From Giardia intestinalis (taxonomy: Eukaryota), in assembly GCA_000002435.2 (NCBI GenBank), contig CM018791.1: DNA of 64,000 nt; one strand, given 5' to 3'. Positions 41,074 to 53,300 of this stretch are shown piece by piece; within the stretch, counting starts at the first letter, position 1; each line of letters begins with the position of its first letter. The notes beneath the pieces are model-generated. The model was not told the DNA's origin. It did not search any database and was given only the letters and a program-made list of their open reading frames with translations. A program made the position numbers and the translations under genes.

Positions 41074-42297
41074 ATGGGAGATTTTTATGAAGAATTCGAC
41101 ATTTCTCATGTTGTTAGGCTGACACATGGGACGAAAAAGGGGCTCTATCTGGGCTACGGGGCCATTGCAAAGTTTGGAGAGGCCCTAGACGACCTTAAAC
41201 CATCCTGTCTGGGTTTTGTCACATCGCCGTCTGCCTACAAGAAATGTGGGCTCTGGGACACGATTGCCTCCGAACTGGAGAAGCGCGGCATCCCGTACTT
41301 GCACTACGACAAGATTATGACGAATCCTACCGTCGAGGCCTTGACGGAGGCTGTTGAGCTTTTTAGTCCGAAGTACGATCAGAACTTCGTAGTGTGCAGC
41401 ATTGGTGGAGGCTCTCCCGGAGATTCGGCCAAGTCGATTGCTGTGCTTCTCGAGCACAGAGACAAGACGGCCGTTGACCTTTACACGCACACGTTTGCCC
41501 CTGACCGCCGCTCTAAGCTTATCATGGTCAACATCACCCACGGGACTGGAACTGAGTGTGACATGTTTGCAGTGGCTTCTATCCTCACCGGGAACTCCCA
41601 CCCTTACAAGCCATGCATTGCCACATCGGTCATCTATCCTGATTACTCCTTTGATGATGTCAATGGGATGCTTTCTATGAACACCGACATGATCCGTTTC
41701 ACGACGATTGATGCTCTCAACCATGTAATGGAAGGCTCCACCACGACGATAGCTACGCCATACTCGTGCACCCTGGCACGAGAGGTTGTTTTCCTAGTCG
41801 CTCGCTATCTCCCCAGAGCCCTTGCCGATAAAGACGATAGGCGCGCCCGCTATTGGCTGACGTACGCTGCAGCCATAGCTGGTCTGTGCTTCGATGAAAG
41901 TTGCTTACATCTCACCCATGCTCTAGAGCATACGCTCTCAGCATATGTGCCAAACCTCATCCACGGGCAAGGTCTGGCACTCCTCCAGCCGGCGGTCCTC
42001 AAGCACATCTGGCCGAAGGTCTGTGGCTACCTGAACGACCTCTTTAGGCCGATCCTGGGGAACCTCAAAGGAACACCCGACGAAGCAGAACAGGCTTTCA
42101 GGCGCATGCGTGCCTTCCACAACAAGGTCGGCTTTTCGGGGACGCTGGCGGACATAGGGTTCTCCAAAGCAGACGTCGAAAAGCTTGTCGAGGCAACCTG
42201 GGCATGCCCGGGCATGGATGGGCTGATAGCTCTCTCGCCCGCTCCGTGTGAGAAGGCAGATGCTGCGCGCATTTTCTCCGAGTCCTTCTACAAGTGA
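41074..42297 (+). CDS. iron-containing alcohol dehydrogenase (Fe-ADH family), 407 aa
   Basis: GGGSPGDSAKSIAVLLEH signature (GGGSxxDxAK) and downstream metal-binding His residues. Upstream sequence is 'ggagtataaaataaaATG'. Confidence 0.85.
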   Translation: MGDFYEEFDISHVVRLTHGTKKGLYLGYGAIAKFGEALDDLKPSCLGFVTSPSAYKKCGLWDTIASELEKRGIPYLHYDKIMTNPTVEALTEAVELFSPKYDQNFVVCSIGGGSPGDSAKSIAVLLEHRDKTAVDLYTHTFAPDRRSKLIMVNITHGTGTECDMFAVASILTGNSHPYKPCIATSVIYPDYSFDDVNGMLSMNTDMIRFTTIDALNHVMEGSTTTIATPYSCTLAREVVFLVARYLPRALADKDDRRARYWLTYAAAIAGLCFDESCLHLTHALEHTLSAYVPNLIHGQGLALLQPAVLKHIWPKVCGYLNDLFRPILGNLKGTPDEAEQAFRRMRAFHNKVGFSGTLADIGFSKADVEKLVEATWACPGMDGLIALSPAPCEKADAARIFSESFYK

Positions 42298-42450
42298 GCA
42301 TTTTGGAGTGAACTGAGCATCTGCTGGTCCACCAATCGCTTCTCCTTTCCACTGTACAATGCAGGCTTCTGTCCTACAGGAGATACCCCGAGTTACCACC
42401 AAAGTCTGCCTGCAAAATTAGTCTAAAATTGTTGGGCTTGACTGTTACTA

Positions 42451-44358
42451 ATGAACGACATCTTCACCGTGATCGTTGATAAGCGTCTTATTCAGGCTGT
42501 GGAGTATGTAAAGCATCGTGCTGGCAGTCGGCCGGAGGAGATCTGGAAAAACGTGGCACGGTATATGAACGGACTTACTCCTGAACAATGTAGCGAACGG
42601 TATAATTACCTAGTGACCGAGAAGCAGTATGCACCACTTGACTATCGTCCAAAGGTGCCTATGCCCGACGAAGAGCTTCAAGTGACCATCATCGACGGGG
42701 ACAAGAAGGAGACGATGAGTATTCCCAGGGCCTTGTTAGTCAATAACATGGCCTACTTCAGAAACATCCTGGCTAACAAGGAATCTACTGCGATTGACCT
42801 GTCCATTCATTCGGATATTTGCATTTTCAAGTGGCTCATGGAGCACTGCTACCACCTATACCAGCCCTCTGACTATCCCCCTGTTTCACTGACAATCAGA
42901 ATTGTCTTTCCGGTGTTAGTGTCAGCTCATTTTCTTGGGATGCCCAACCTAGTCAACGATTGTATTCTATTTATGCTCAAGGGATCCAATTTCACACAGA
43001 TTCTTTCGTTCAATTATAATTTCTCCTGCATGGATACAGACTTGCTTAAGCGGTTCCTGGAACACGTCCCCCTGCCTATCTTCATTAGATATCTTGGAGC
43101 TAATCATAGCAATTACCTCATCACAAAGTTAGCAAACGCATCCAGTCACTCGCTCCTGCACAAGTTCTCTGATAAGATTCTGTTCTGCGACCAGTGCGGA
43201 CACTTTTGTCTTCAGGAGATACTAGATTCTTCAACTATCTCTAAGCTCTACCCCAACAGTACTTTTCTCAATTGCGTCAATGGATGCTCTAGGATTGATA
43301 GTAGGGGACGGATGACTAGCAACCACAACTTTCGCGTTTGCAAGAAACTCAGCAAAACGATTCAAAAGCACCTAGCCGACATTAAGATATACCCTAAGTT
43401 GACCAGCGTGCACATTTATTGGGCCCTATTTGGCCTATTATTCTGGTGTACATGTGCCAAATGCGAGCAGGTGTTTCCTCTTCAGGATCTCTGTAAGTGT
43501 GAGGCAAGCGGCGGTCAGCACACCAATCATGAGATTGACAAGGTTATTGTTGCCCCAGCAGATACGGATCTTAGATTAACCATCAAAGAAGACCTGTTTG
43601 ATCTCAATAAGAATATCTGGAACAATCTCTCTATTAAGTCTAAGCTTCTTAACATTCTAGATGTCCCCGTTATTCATAACATGATCACGCTAGGGCCTGC
43701 GTGTGGTAATTTTTCAGCAGTTTCGGTAGCTAGGTCTGGGCAAGAATCCAGCACTGCCCCACGAAAGAAAGCTAACATTCCCATTCACGCTGCTGTATCA
43801 GAGGACTCTGTATCAGAAGAGCAGACTCCAGCCGTTAATTTACACACGCCAACACAAGCGAGACCCAGGCAGGAACTTTCAACAAGGAGTACTGTCGATA
43901 CCAAGACAAGAAGGTTAAGCTTTCAGTTGAGGGCACAAAAAGGAGCCGTACAGGAGCCTAATGTTGTCAAACCTAGAGCTCAGCAGTCCGAGCCGCCCCT
44001 AAAGGCACCAGATCCAGACCTATCTTCTGACAGTCAAGATTCCAATGACTGCAGTGAGTTACAAACTCGAATATTTACCCATACAGCAGACGATGACGCA
44101 GTTGGGGTTAAAGGCAAGGCTACAGCAAAGGGGCTTCCCGAGAGATGCAAGCGTTATCTGAAGTTAAAAAGTAGCATGACTGACGAGCAGCGCAAAACAG
44201 TCCTCAATGGCATTGCACACGAAGAAGATGTTTCTAAACTGCGAGCACTGAATTCAGTCTTGATTACTGCCAGAGAAAATGACATAATCAAAAAGGCCCG
44301 CTACGCCTTCGAGAGCATTCCGTTTCCCACATATAATCTCCAGTCACGCGGGAAGTGA
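42451..44358 (+). CDS. hypothetical protein (635 aa) with a weak N-terminal SANT/Myb-like segment and a BTB-like segment
   Basis: SRPEEIWKNVARYMNGLTPEQCSERYNYL is SANT-like. QVTIIDGDKKETMSIPRALLVNNMAYFRNIL...IFKWLMEHCY is BTB/POZ-like. The C-terminal half is Ser- and Pro-rich. Confidence 0.5.
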   Translation: MNDIFTVIVDKRLIQAVEYVKHRAGSRPEEIWKNVARYMNGLTPEQCSERYNYLVTEKQYAPLDYRPKVPMPDEELQVTIIDGDKKETMSIPRALLVNNMAYFRNILANKESTAIDLSIHSDICIFKWLMEHCYHLYQPSDYPPVSLTIRIVFPVLVSAHFLGMPNLVNDCILFMLKGSNFTQILSFNYNFSCMDTDLLKRFLEHVPLPIFIRYLGANHSNYLITKLANASSHSLLHKFSDKILFCDQCGHFCLQEILDSSTISKLYPNSTFLNCVNGCSRIDSRGRMTSNHNFRVCKKLSKTIQKHLADIKIYPKLTSVHIYWALFGLLFWCTCAKCEQVFPLQDLCKCEASGGQHTNHEIDKVIVAPADTDLRLTIKEDLFDLNKNIWNNLSIKSKLLNILDVPVIHNMITLGPACGNFSAVSVARSGQESSTAPRKKANIPIHAAVSEDSVSEEQTPAVNLHTPTQARPRQELSTRSTVDTKTRRLSFQLRAQKGAVQEPNVVKPRAQQSEPPLKAPDPDLSSDSQDSNDCSELQTRIFTHTADDDAVGVKGKATAKGLPERCKRYLKLKSSMTDEQRKTVLNGIAHEEDVSKLRALNSVLITARENDIIKKARYAFESIPFPTYNLQSRGK

Positions 44359-44378
44359 CACGCATCACCATGTAAAGT

Positions 44379-45350
44379 TTACTCATCTTCATCTGTAGCG
44401 CCGCCCTGATCTTCTGCTTCACGCTTACTTGCTTTAGCTCTTCGTTCTCGATTACGAGGCTTCCCTGTCCCTGTTTCAGGCTTTGTCTCTGACTTATGAT
44501 AGCAATGACCAGTTCCCGCTATTAAGCAACGGTTGCACTCGGGGAAGCTTGCCTTGCAGACGGTTTGTCCAAAGCCGACAAGCAGATGGTTAATATCTCG
44601 CCACTTGTCCTTTGGCAAGGTCTCGACTAGCTGCTTGGCCACATCATCTGGATTTAGCATCTTCCCGTTAGGCTCACACATTCCTTTTTCGACCCATCTC
44701 AGCCTCTGCGCTATGCGGCACACGTGCGTATCCACTGCTATTCCCTCGACTTGGCCATAGACGATCTGAACCAACAAGTGCCCCATTTTTGGTCCAAAGC
44801 CGGGGAGCTTTAGAATACCCGCGAGGTCCTTGGGAATATCGCCCCCATAGTTGTCTAGGCATATCTGAGCAACGTTCTTCATGTACTCTGCCTTTCTTCG
44901 ACAGAAGCCCACTGGATGGATTATCCTCCCCAACTCATCTAGTCCAGAGTCCACCACGTTCTTCGCTGTCAGCCTCCACGCATCAAGCTTCATTAGGTTG
45001 TCAATATCGATAGGAAAGTTCTTCTTGAGCATGGCTTCTGCTTTGGTGGACTTCTGCAGCCCCTTCGTCTTTTCTTCAAACTCTGCCTCGAGCTTCTTTA
45101 AACGCTCTTTGTCAAGGCCGTCAGGGGGCACTGGAAGCATATGATTAAGTTTGTACATGGCGGCAGCGGTTACTCTATCCAGATTTCTGGCAGACAGGAG
45201 AAGGCCTATGGCAAAGCGGAAGCGACCATCTGGAGTTTCTGTTGTATCCGAGAGCATGTGCGCCCCGAATACATCGACGGGGCAGACATACTCTGCCCGC
45301 ATTGTCTCTATTTTCTCCCATGTATCCTCAAGATCCGGGATCGGAGCCAT
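44379..45350 (-). CDS. nth: endonuclease III (Nth) DNA glycosylase/AP lyase, 323 aa
   Basis: HhH-GPD motif LPGFGPKMGHLL, the catalytic region VDTHVCRIAQRL, and a [4Fe-4S] cluster ligand set CKASFPECNRCLIAGTGHC, followed by a basic tail. Confidence 0.85.
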   Translation of the reverse strand: MAPIPDLEDTWEKIETMRAEYVCPVDVFGAHMLSDTTETPDGRFRFAIGLLLSARNLDRVTAAAMYKLNHMLPVPPDGLDKERLKKLEAEFEEKTKGLQKSTKAEAMLKKNFPIDIDNLMKLDAWRLTAKNVVDSGLDELGRIIHPVGFCRRKAEYMKNVAQICLDNYGGDIPKDLAGILKLPGFGPKMGHLLVQIVYGQVEGIAVDTHVCRIAQRLRWVEKGMCEPNGKMLNPDDVAKQLVETLPKDKWRDINHLLVGFGQTVCKASFPECNRCLIAGTGHCYHKSETKPETGTGKPRNRERRAKASKREAEDQGGATDEDE

Positions 45351-45371
45351 TTAATTGTAGTATTTTTTGAA
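45351..45371. promoter_or_regulatory. 21-bp bidirectional AT-rich promoter
   Basis: 'ttaattgtagtattttttgaa' sits between ATG 45350 (-) and ATG 45372 (+). Confidence 0.45.
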
Positions 45372-47327
45372 ATGAACGATTCTTCTCACGAAGCCCTTTG
45401 TCCAGAGTGCCGCGGACGGTATGGCTTCTCGTCGCTGGCAACACACCTATGTTTGGAACATGGGTTTTGTCCTTTTTGTCCCTCTGAAAAGTACATCACA
45501 GAAGATTTGTATCCTGAGTTAATTTGCACACGGAAAGAGCTGGTGGGTCGGCTAGCCCAGGTCTATCGGAAGGTAGCCAGTGACCTTCTTGCGCCACGGG
45601 AGACTGGCTTTTCTCTTGAAGCCTGTAGCTCAATCTATTCGACATATATAGCGTCGTTCTCTCTCCTACGCAAATTTCCTTACGGCCTTTCACCTCCTGT
45701 TGCAATGCTTGTGCATCTTATCATTGAGCATCCAGCAGTAGGATATAGGTTATTGTGCTCATTGAGTGGTGCTGAATCCCTGACAGCAATTTATGCCCTT
45801 GCTTCTTACAGCGAGCTGGTGCCACAAGAAGATGCTCAACTTTGTCCTGATTGCTTTCTCTTTTACACTGACCCAGCCAATCACCACAGTCAGTGTAAGA
45901 GATACTATAGATATCATTTTAAGCATCACCTTCACTATCAGGGCTGTCTAACAGATTGCTTAGCAGGCTCCATGTCATCTGCATATGCGTCAGCTAGGAC
46001 GATCATTGGCCAGTACTTTTGTCCAGAGAGTTTAAAGAACAATCTACACTGTGCTCGATACTATATGAATCTATATGCACCAGTTAGCTCTACTACAGCC
46101 AAGAGTGTGGAGGACAGCCTACGGGGCTATCTTACCCGCTACCCCGTATTCACATCCCTTAGTTACCCAGACAAGGCATACAAAGTCAAGTCTTTCGAGC
46201 TCCAGGGCTCGTACGCTTTTGGCAAGGCCACCATTTACTCAGATATAGACTTTCACCTCGTTATTCTAAAGCTTGAGGGTGTGGAAATGAATGACTTGAC
46301 TTCTGAGGACACAAAAGACTGCTTGTCCTCTCTGATCAGGCACCTACAGGCACCCTCGGCAGGTGAGTGGCTGAGCCAGTTCTCGATGGATAAACCAATT
46401 AAGTATTGCAGGGGTACTACAGGGTTCATAGAGTTTTCACTTAAGAATGCAACGCAATCTGTTAGCCTAGTATTTGGCAGCCAACACCATCTATCTGCTG
46501 GACGGCGGCGACTTGCAATTATGCGGTCCTTTTATCTCGACAAGCTCGCCATCTATGAACGTGCAGAGGGGTTCCTAAAGCAGTGGTTGTTTATGAGTAG
46601 GACAACCGAGGGTAGCACTGCAATGGGCCTCACAAAGTTTGCATCACTGACCATCTTGCAGCGCGTGTGCCTTTTTACTGATGCTGGCAGTCTTCTCCGG
46701 CGGTTCATTTGCTATGATTCAAGTGAAACCTACGAGGCCATGCTAGATCCGCCTTCTGTTGACAGTGTAACTTTTAGCGAGTCGCTGACTCTTTATCAAT
46801 ACGACTATAATGTACGCGGCATAGAAAAAACTATTAACCTTGCTGGATTGCATCCAAACCCCGAGTTAGTTGATCCAGCAAAATTCAAACAACTAGCGAT
46901 TGACCACTGTGCTGACAATAGATCAAAACGTGATATTCTTGACGCCATATTGCAGTTAGCAGATACTCCTGAGGAGATCTCGTTCATCTGGGCCTTTACT
47001 CTCATCCACGAGGTATTGCGCTACCACCGAGACTTCTATCAGCAGACACTTAGATGTAAGTTGAGCTCCGATCAAGAAATGTCAACAACGAATGTTCTGT
47101 ACAGTCTGCGTGATTTATTGAGCATCTCTAATGACTTGGAGCCCATTTCCACGGAAACGCGTACGTGTGTATCTGCACACGTGACAAAAACCATGACATT
47201 AGCCTGTGCATTTAGAATACTCTTAACCGTGGAAACAAGCATGCTGTTTTTGCGATACTTTCTACCCACCCCTCCGCACTGCAGCACAGCAGATCGCGAA
47301 GTTCTTCATAAACTCATTGCAATCTAA
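45372..47327 (+). CDS. hypothetical protein (651 aa) with a nucleotidyltransferase-fold motif (Cid1/PAP-like) and an N-terminal Cys/His cluster
   Basis: ELQGSYAFGKATIYSDIDFHLVI matches the NTase motif hG[GS]x9-13Dh[DE]h (compare Cid1 GSFKTGLYLPTSDIDLVV). The N-terminal segment CPECRGRYGFSSLATHLCLEHGFCPFCP has zinc-finger-like spacing. The ORF-track start at 45141 overlaps the nth gene and was rejected in favour of ATG 45372. Confidence 0.5.
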   Translation: MNDSSHEALCPECRGRYGFSSLATHLCLEHGFCPFCPSEKYITEDLYPELICTRKELVGRLAQVYRKVASDLLAPRETGFSLEACSSIYSTYIASFSLLRKFPYGLSPPVAMLVHLIIEHPAVGYRLLCSLSGAESLTAIYALASYSELVPQEDAQLCPDCFLFYTDPANHHSQCKRYYRYHFKHHLHYQGCLTDCLAGSMSSAYASARTIIGQYFCPESLKNNLHCARYYMNLYAPVSSTTAKSVEDSLRGYLTRYPVFTSLSYPDKAYKVKSFELQGSYAFGKATIYSDIDFHLVILKLEGVEMNDLTSEDTKDCLSSLIRHLQAPSAGEWLSQFSMDKPIKYCRGTTGFIEFSLKNATQSVSLVFGSQHHLSAGRRRLAIMRSFYLDKLAIYERAEGFLKQWLFMSRTTEGSTAMGLTKFASLTILQRVCLFTDAGSLLRRFICYDSSETYEAMLDPPSVDSVTFSESLTLYQYDYNVRGIEKTINLAGLHPNPELVDPAKFKQLAIDHCADNRSKRDILDAILQLADTPEEISFIWAFTLIHEVLRYHRDFYQQTLRCKLSSDQEMSTTNVLYSLRDLLSISNDLEPISTETRTCVSAHVTKTMTLACAFRILLTVETSMLFLRYFLPTPPHCSTADREVLHKLIAI

Positions 47328-47328
47328 G

Positions 47329-50300
47329 CTAAATAAATCTTACCCCAAAGAAAGGATTATGCTCTAGCCATTCCTCGCTACTGATGCTTGTTTTGTTGGG
47401 CAAGTAGACTACGGGCTGGATGCGTCCTCCTATTTTGATAGGTACGGGGACCATGTTGGCAGGAACCCGTAGATACGTGTGCCTGTGGCTGCCCGCTATT
47501 GATGTCTGTCTGGTTGTTGTGTTGTTGGTAACTACGCAGTAGGCGTACAGCTCTAAGCAGTTATTATATCCATGCGCTCTTTCGACAGTGTCAGCGCAGA
47601 CAGTTTCTAACACGGCGTCATATGATATCCTGAAGAGCTCAAGATTTCTGAGAACCACGTAGAAAGGACATTGATTTTGGCGGTCTGTGCCCTTGGTCTC
47701 AGTGTCTATGGTGCCATCCTCACGAATCTGCGGCATGTAGCTGGGCTTTTTAATGCTTACGACAATCCTTTGCCTGTTAATGGGGGTCGATGTAAGGACA
47801 GCCGAGTGCATTCGAACAAAGTTGAGTATGTCTCCGAGAATCGGGCCATATGTGCTAACGTTGATGATCCAGTGCGTGGGGAATGAACCAAATCCTACGT
47901 TCCCATCGACAGTGAACATATCTGGAAGACCCACGTTAGGGATAATGTGCTTAAGGATGTACATAGACGAAAGGTTCCTGCTAGGAGATCCGAACGGGAT
48001 ACGCTTGAAGTCCTCGTGTGCCATAACATAGGTCCTTAGGGCAGATGTCATTTTGCTGAGGTCCGTCTTACGGGCAGCATTGACTATTTTCATGGTAGAC
48101 GGAAAGTTTGGGTTAACAACTGTAGAAAGCGTGTTCAGCGTCGTGTTTGACGAGAAAAGGTGACGATAGTAGAACTCCTGAGGAAGGCTGTGTTGGGCAG
48201 CAGAAACCAGATATCTCTTCTGTCGTGAGATTTGCAGGTCACTGGTTTCCTCAGTGCTGTAAGCGTATAAGCGTAGTTGTTGTACAAGGTCCAGTAAGTC
48301 AGAAATGTCATTATAAAACGGAAGAATGTCCAGCCATTCCGTAAATTTTCCTGCACGAGTCGTCCCAGAAGCGCGTTCTGCGGCAAGATTTGGAATGGTA
48401 ACGGTGTTAAGAGAGCGGTGCTCAATCTCTACCAGTTTGCGGACAGTTCCTTCTATTTTCTTAGTGTCGATGGGGCGTTCATCAGTAAGGTCTCCAGCGG
48501 CAATTTGAATTGTGACCAGCAAGTTTTCATAGATATCGTCCTCTTCACACCGAGCAGCCGACTGTACCCCTTGATTGTTGCGCAGAATGCTGGTTCCCCG
48601 AGAGCGAGTAGTAATACTAGACCCTCGTGAGGATAAGTTGTCACTTCCAGCTATAGACTCCCCATCGTCAAAACCGACAAAGTCTCCCTCTCGACCGTCT
48701 CCGTCCATTCCAGTAAGCTGCGTTGAGGCCTTACTGCTTTCTAGCGAAAGGGTAGACTCTGTAATGGAAGTGCTCGAGGAGAGCTCATCTTCCTCGCTGT
48801 CAGAACTTCCTGCAAGGCGCAACTTCTTCTTCGCTGCCTTTTGTGCTTTTGCGCGCATAGTTTCCTTCAGTAGTCGCATGACAACCTCATCATGTACCTG
48901 TTGCTCGGAGACAACCAGCCTGGTTGGTATTATCTTTGATAAGGCCTCAAGCTGGCCAAAGTTGAGACTGTAAATTACTTTCGCGACGCGCTTATATTGT
49001 TTGGAGTCTACTCGATTCATGAGGATTGCACTGTTGTCTCTCAAGAGCGTGAGATTGACGAATGCGCAGCTCTTGAAGGACGTTTTGTCATACTTTTGCA
49101 CTTGCTTGGTTACAGCCCGCAATAGCACCTTTTTGAGCTTGTAAAAGAGCCTTGTATCGTCCATAAATATAGTAGATTGATAACTCAAGAACGAGTGCTT
49201 TAGAGCCAAAAGAACAATCCCACGCATAGTTATAGGGGGCTGGAAGTTTGGAACAGCTTCCAAGTCTATCACTTTAAAGCAAATCATAATGAGCAACGTG
49301 ATGCCGACCATACAAAGATTGAGATAGTGAACAAATGCCTTGCTCAGTGTGCCAGGATGCTGTATGTAGATGTAGTTTGGAACAGTCAGGATTGATATCT
49401 CATATAAAAGACTAGTGAAGTGTTCTGAGTCGAGATGAGTCAGTGCTGGTGAGCTGCTGTGGTTTGCGTTCAGGGCGGAGGGAAACAGAGAAGAAGATGG
49501 TACGAAGATGAAAATAGGGTATGTGATGTCGTATTTTCGTATACTCAGCTTCTGTCTCAAGATGTTGATGACATCTTGGAGCAGAGCCGCCCCACCTAGA
49601 GCAGGGTCTGCCACGGCAACGGTGATTGATTCTATTATATCTTGGAAGGAAAGGTGCTTAGCAAAGTTAGCCCGTACGGTTCTATACGGGTTACTTGGAA
49701 GCAGGTGGATAAACGTGAAGACATGGTCAATGGAGATGATTTTGTCAAAGAATATCAGAGTGACCTGTATGGGCGACGGCCCCATGGCCATGATGTGCTG
49801 CATCTTCTTGTCCTTTAGAATTTGCGGATCGGCATCAATCTCCTGCACCTTGGCATTATATCGCTCAAGGACCCTAAACGAGAAAGTATACGCATCGTAA
49901 AGCTGCATGACGCAATCTGATGCTAAGTCGGGTGGCATCTCTATGTCCTTTCCGACGCTTGTCTTTGTAGGGAGTCCAACAAATGTGAGCAGGTTCCGGA
50001 ACGATAGGCCCATGGCTTGCAGATATGTCTGGACTAACTCCCCGCGCTCTGCAGCCGATGATATCTTCATATCACTTCTGAAATGGCCAGTTAGCCCTTT
50101 TGGTGCGTTAACCGACATCGTCGCAGAAAGCTGCCAAGCGCTGGGTCCACAACGCTTTTCCAGCATCACAGCCATCGCTTCAAAGGTGTCAATGATGAGC
50201 TCAGGCTTCAAGGCATTGGACAGGGAGAAGATAGCAAAGAAGGATTGGCTGTCCTGCTTAGCTAGCATAGGCGGCAGTTTGAACACCTGGTAATTAGATG

Positions 50301-53300
50301 CCATGGCATCCTGCATCAGCGATGAGTACCACTGCTGCAGTGCAGTCTTCTTTTCTGTGTCCTTTGCTCCCTTTATCGTTAATTCGGTAGAGTGCTGTCC
50401 TGCTGCCATATTAGCTCTGGCGTAAAAGGCTAATACAGAGGCGAAGGGCTGCTCACACCTAGAGAAACAAACAAAGGCAGCGTGATGCTTTAGAAACCAT
50501 GTCAGAGAATTGGCTATCACAGGATTGTACCTTCCCAACAGACAGAAGAAGATCCAGGACATAACAACCTTAGGAGACATGGAGGTAACTTCCGGTATTA
50601 GATGCTTGATATTATTCAGCACGTCTGCATCAGCGTTGTCTGCATCTATCTTCGTCAAGGCAAATTTGCTCTTCATATAAAACGCCCCCATAATTTGCTG
50701 GGTTGTGAGAAGTCTCGTAATATCTTTTATGGATGAACGAAGAACAGCAAACAAAGATAGAGCTGGAGCTGTCACGTTTTCCATGAGGGGGTTGATAGAA
50801 TAGGGCCGTTCCTTGCTTATTCCACTCAAGTCTCCAATTGCCGTAGAAAAGAGAATATGTATCAAGTGCCATATCCCAGCAGAAAGCTCTGGAGGGAAGA
50901 CGTTGATAAGCCGGGCCTCTAGAGTCGGAATCATCACAGACATAAGGAAGTTCTTGAGCGTCCCAGGATCATATCTTATACAGAACGCTAGGATATTCTC
51001 GTCCTGCATGCTTACAAGGCCGTTCTGAAGCATATATTCCTCTGAGAAATCATGCTGGAACCGAGGGTCTTTAGCATACTTTTCTTTGAGGTGTCCCTGA
51101 AACGAGGACACGGCCTTGACTAGAGTAATCTTGAAGATAATGAAAAAGTCTCGAGAATACCCTATGAGGGCAGGGAGATGGTAGGCCGAGATCTTTCTCA
51201 AGTAGTAGATAATGGCATTGACAGCAAGCGCTATATCGTCGCAAAGAGCCTGTCCATACGTATTCACGATATCGAATATAGCACAGCGAATGTTGACTGG
51301 CGTGTCAACTAGCTTGTACTCCTTCTCCTTGTCCTTTGATAACATGCTGCAGCGCTCCTGCTGAAGAAGAATCAGCCCCTTTAGTGCGGACAAAAGCTGA
51401 CTAACCTCGGTCTTCCTTGACGAAGAAGCGTGGAGCACAAAGCTAGCTGCAAAGCAAACATGCTGTATACTATCCGAAGACCCTGTTAGTTGCGTAACCA
51501 TTTGGTTCATAGCAGCTTGCTCCATCTCTCGCTTGGCCACAGTGGGATCAGCTGAACGAATAAATGAAGTACCCATCTGGGACACCTTGTCGGTGGACAG
51601 ACTCAGGACATGTACCATGAGATAGCTCTTAACCTGGTCGCTAGCGAGGTTGATCATGCGTGAGAAGCGCACATTATTCAAGCGATACCGCTCGTTACGG
51701 CTACGAATTCCCTCTGATTCTCCAAAGATCGACTCCAGAAAGATCTGGGACATGATGTGCTTTTGGCTTTGAAGTAACATCATTTCAGTATCTGCAAGTG
51801 CTACCCTGTTTGGTGATGAGTAATGTGTACAGACGGCAATGGTGTTGATGAAGTGTTGAGTGAAGAGCCCTGCGTTTATCAGCACGTCGCCCAGACTCAT
51901 CCCCTGGCTCAGAGCAAAGATGATGGTGTACTTGTGAAGTGCCTGGGCAGTTATAGCTGTCACCGACCCGATGGCAATGGTTTGTCGCTTCCCAATGGTC
52001 TTTCGCGATCGCAGGACCATGAACTTTCTTAGGGTAGTATAGTTGCTTGTATCCGTATTACGAGATTCCATGTTAATGAATAGGAATGTGTACTCTCCAG
52101 TGCTCAGACCTCTGGCAAGGGTTGCGCTGAATTCACGCGGTGGGATGCGCATGTCTATCACCAGAACGCGCTTCTGCAGATCAGCAAGGAGGTTTGTCAC
52201 ATCGTTCAGACGAGGATTTGTTGGATTCATCCCATGAACAATTACACTGGCCACTTGCTCATAATACAAAGTCCCTTGGGCTTCTTGTTTCTTGCATGCT
52301 TCCAAGAAGCACGCCGCCGCTACCCCTAACGTCTCATCAACACAAAAGACCGTGCTTCCAGTAATGTACCGTATAGCAACAGAGTAGAGTCCAAGCATAG
52401 CAGGATCTCCCATGGACCATGGGATGCGGAAGCCCTTGAGAAGCATTAGGATCGGCCAGTCAGCTCCGAGAAGTTCCACTAAGTGACCCATAAAGGCAAA
52501 CTGTCCATACTGAAGAGTGGCGTTGCATATCATCGTCGGCGAATTTTCGTTGAAATCGACTTTCTTGGCCTCTGGGTCCGGGAAATCCACACTGAATCCA
52601 AGGCTGCTGTAAAGCGCCACTATCATGACATTGAAGCAAGAGATATTTGCGGTTGTGGAGCTTTGATCAAGTAACTTAAGCAATTTCATGGGTATATCTC
52701 CAAAGACACCACCAAGTAAGGCATCTCTAGCGGTTCCTTCCGTAACCAATCCAGGTATCGAGAAAAGAAGCGAGGCTGCAATGGCCACAGAGTCTAACGC
52801 AGCAGAGCGTGCTGCTGCCGCCATTATGCGGAAGTCAGTCTTCAAGGCGTCTATGCAGGTATGGATTAAATCTCGCATCACAACAGCTTCTGCTATGGCA
52901 GTAAGTAAGTCTCGCTGACGCTTACTTGCTGAATCGCTATTCTTATCGTCCTGGGAAACCTGTGCCTTGACAGCTTGGTCAATGGTCTTCGCAACCGAGT
53001 CTGGAGATAGCTCTGTGACGTCAATGGTCTTTGGCTTTGTTTTGCTAGGCGACGCTAAGGCTTCATACAATCTCAATGCGATGAAAAGCGTATTTAGAAT
53101 GGACATGAAGTCAGCAACCTTTAATAAGATAGTGTTACAGATTTGAGAAGCGAGATGTGTGAAGACAGACATCGAGGGGCATGCATTGATGCTGTTTGTG
53201 CTACAAAAGCGATAGACACCAACAGATGCCACCATGAATGTGTGATGGAAAAGTGGCCAGTCCACACTGACTTTGGTTGGGAGAACAACTTCCGTTGGAA

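Noticed and set aside
41185-41724. 179-aa minus-strand ORF inside the Fe-ADH gene, and 29744..30242 minus-strand ORFs inside the GTPase gene
   Set aside because: They are antisense to well-supported genes and have no motifs.
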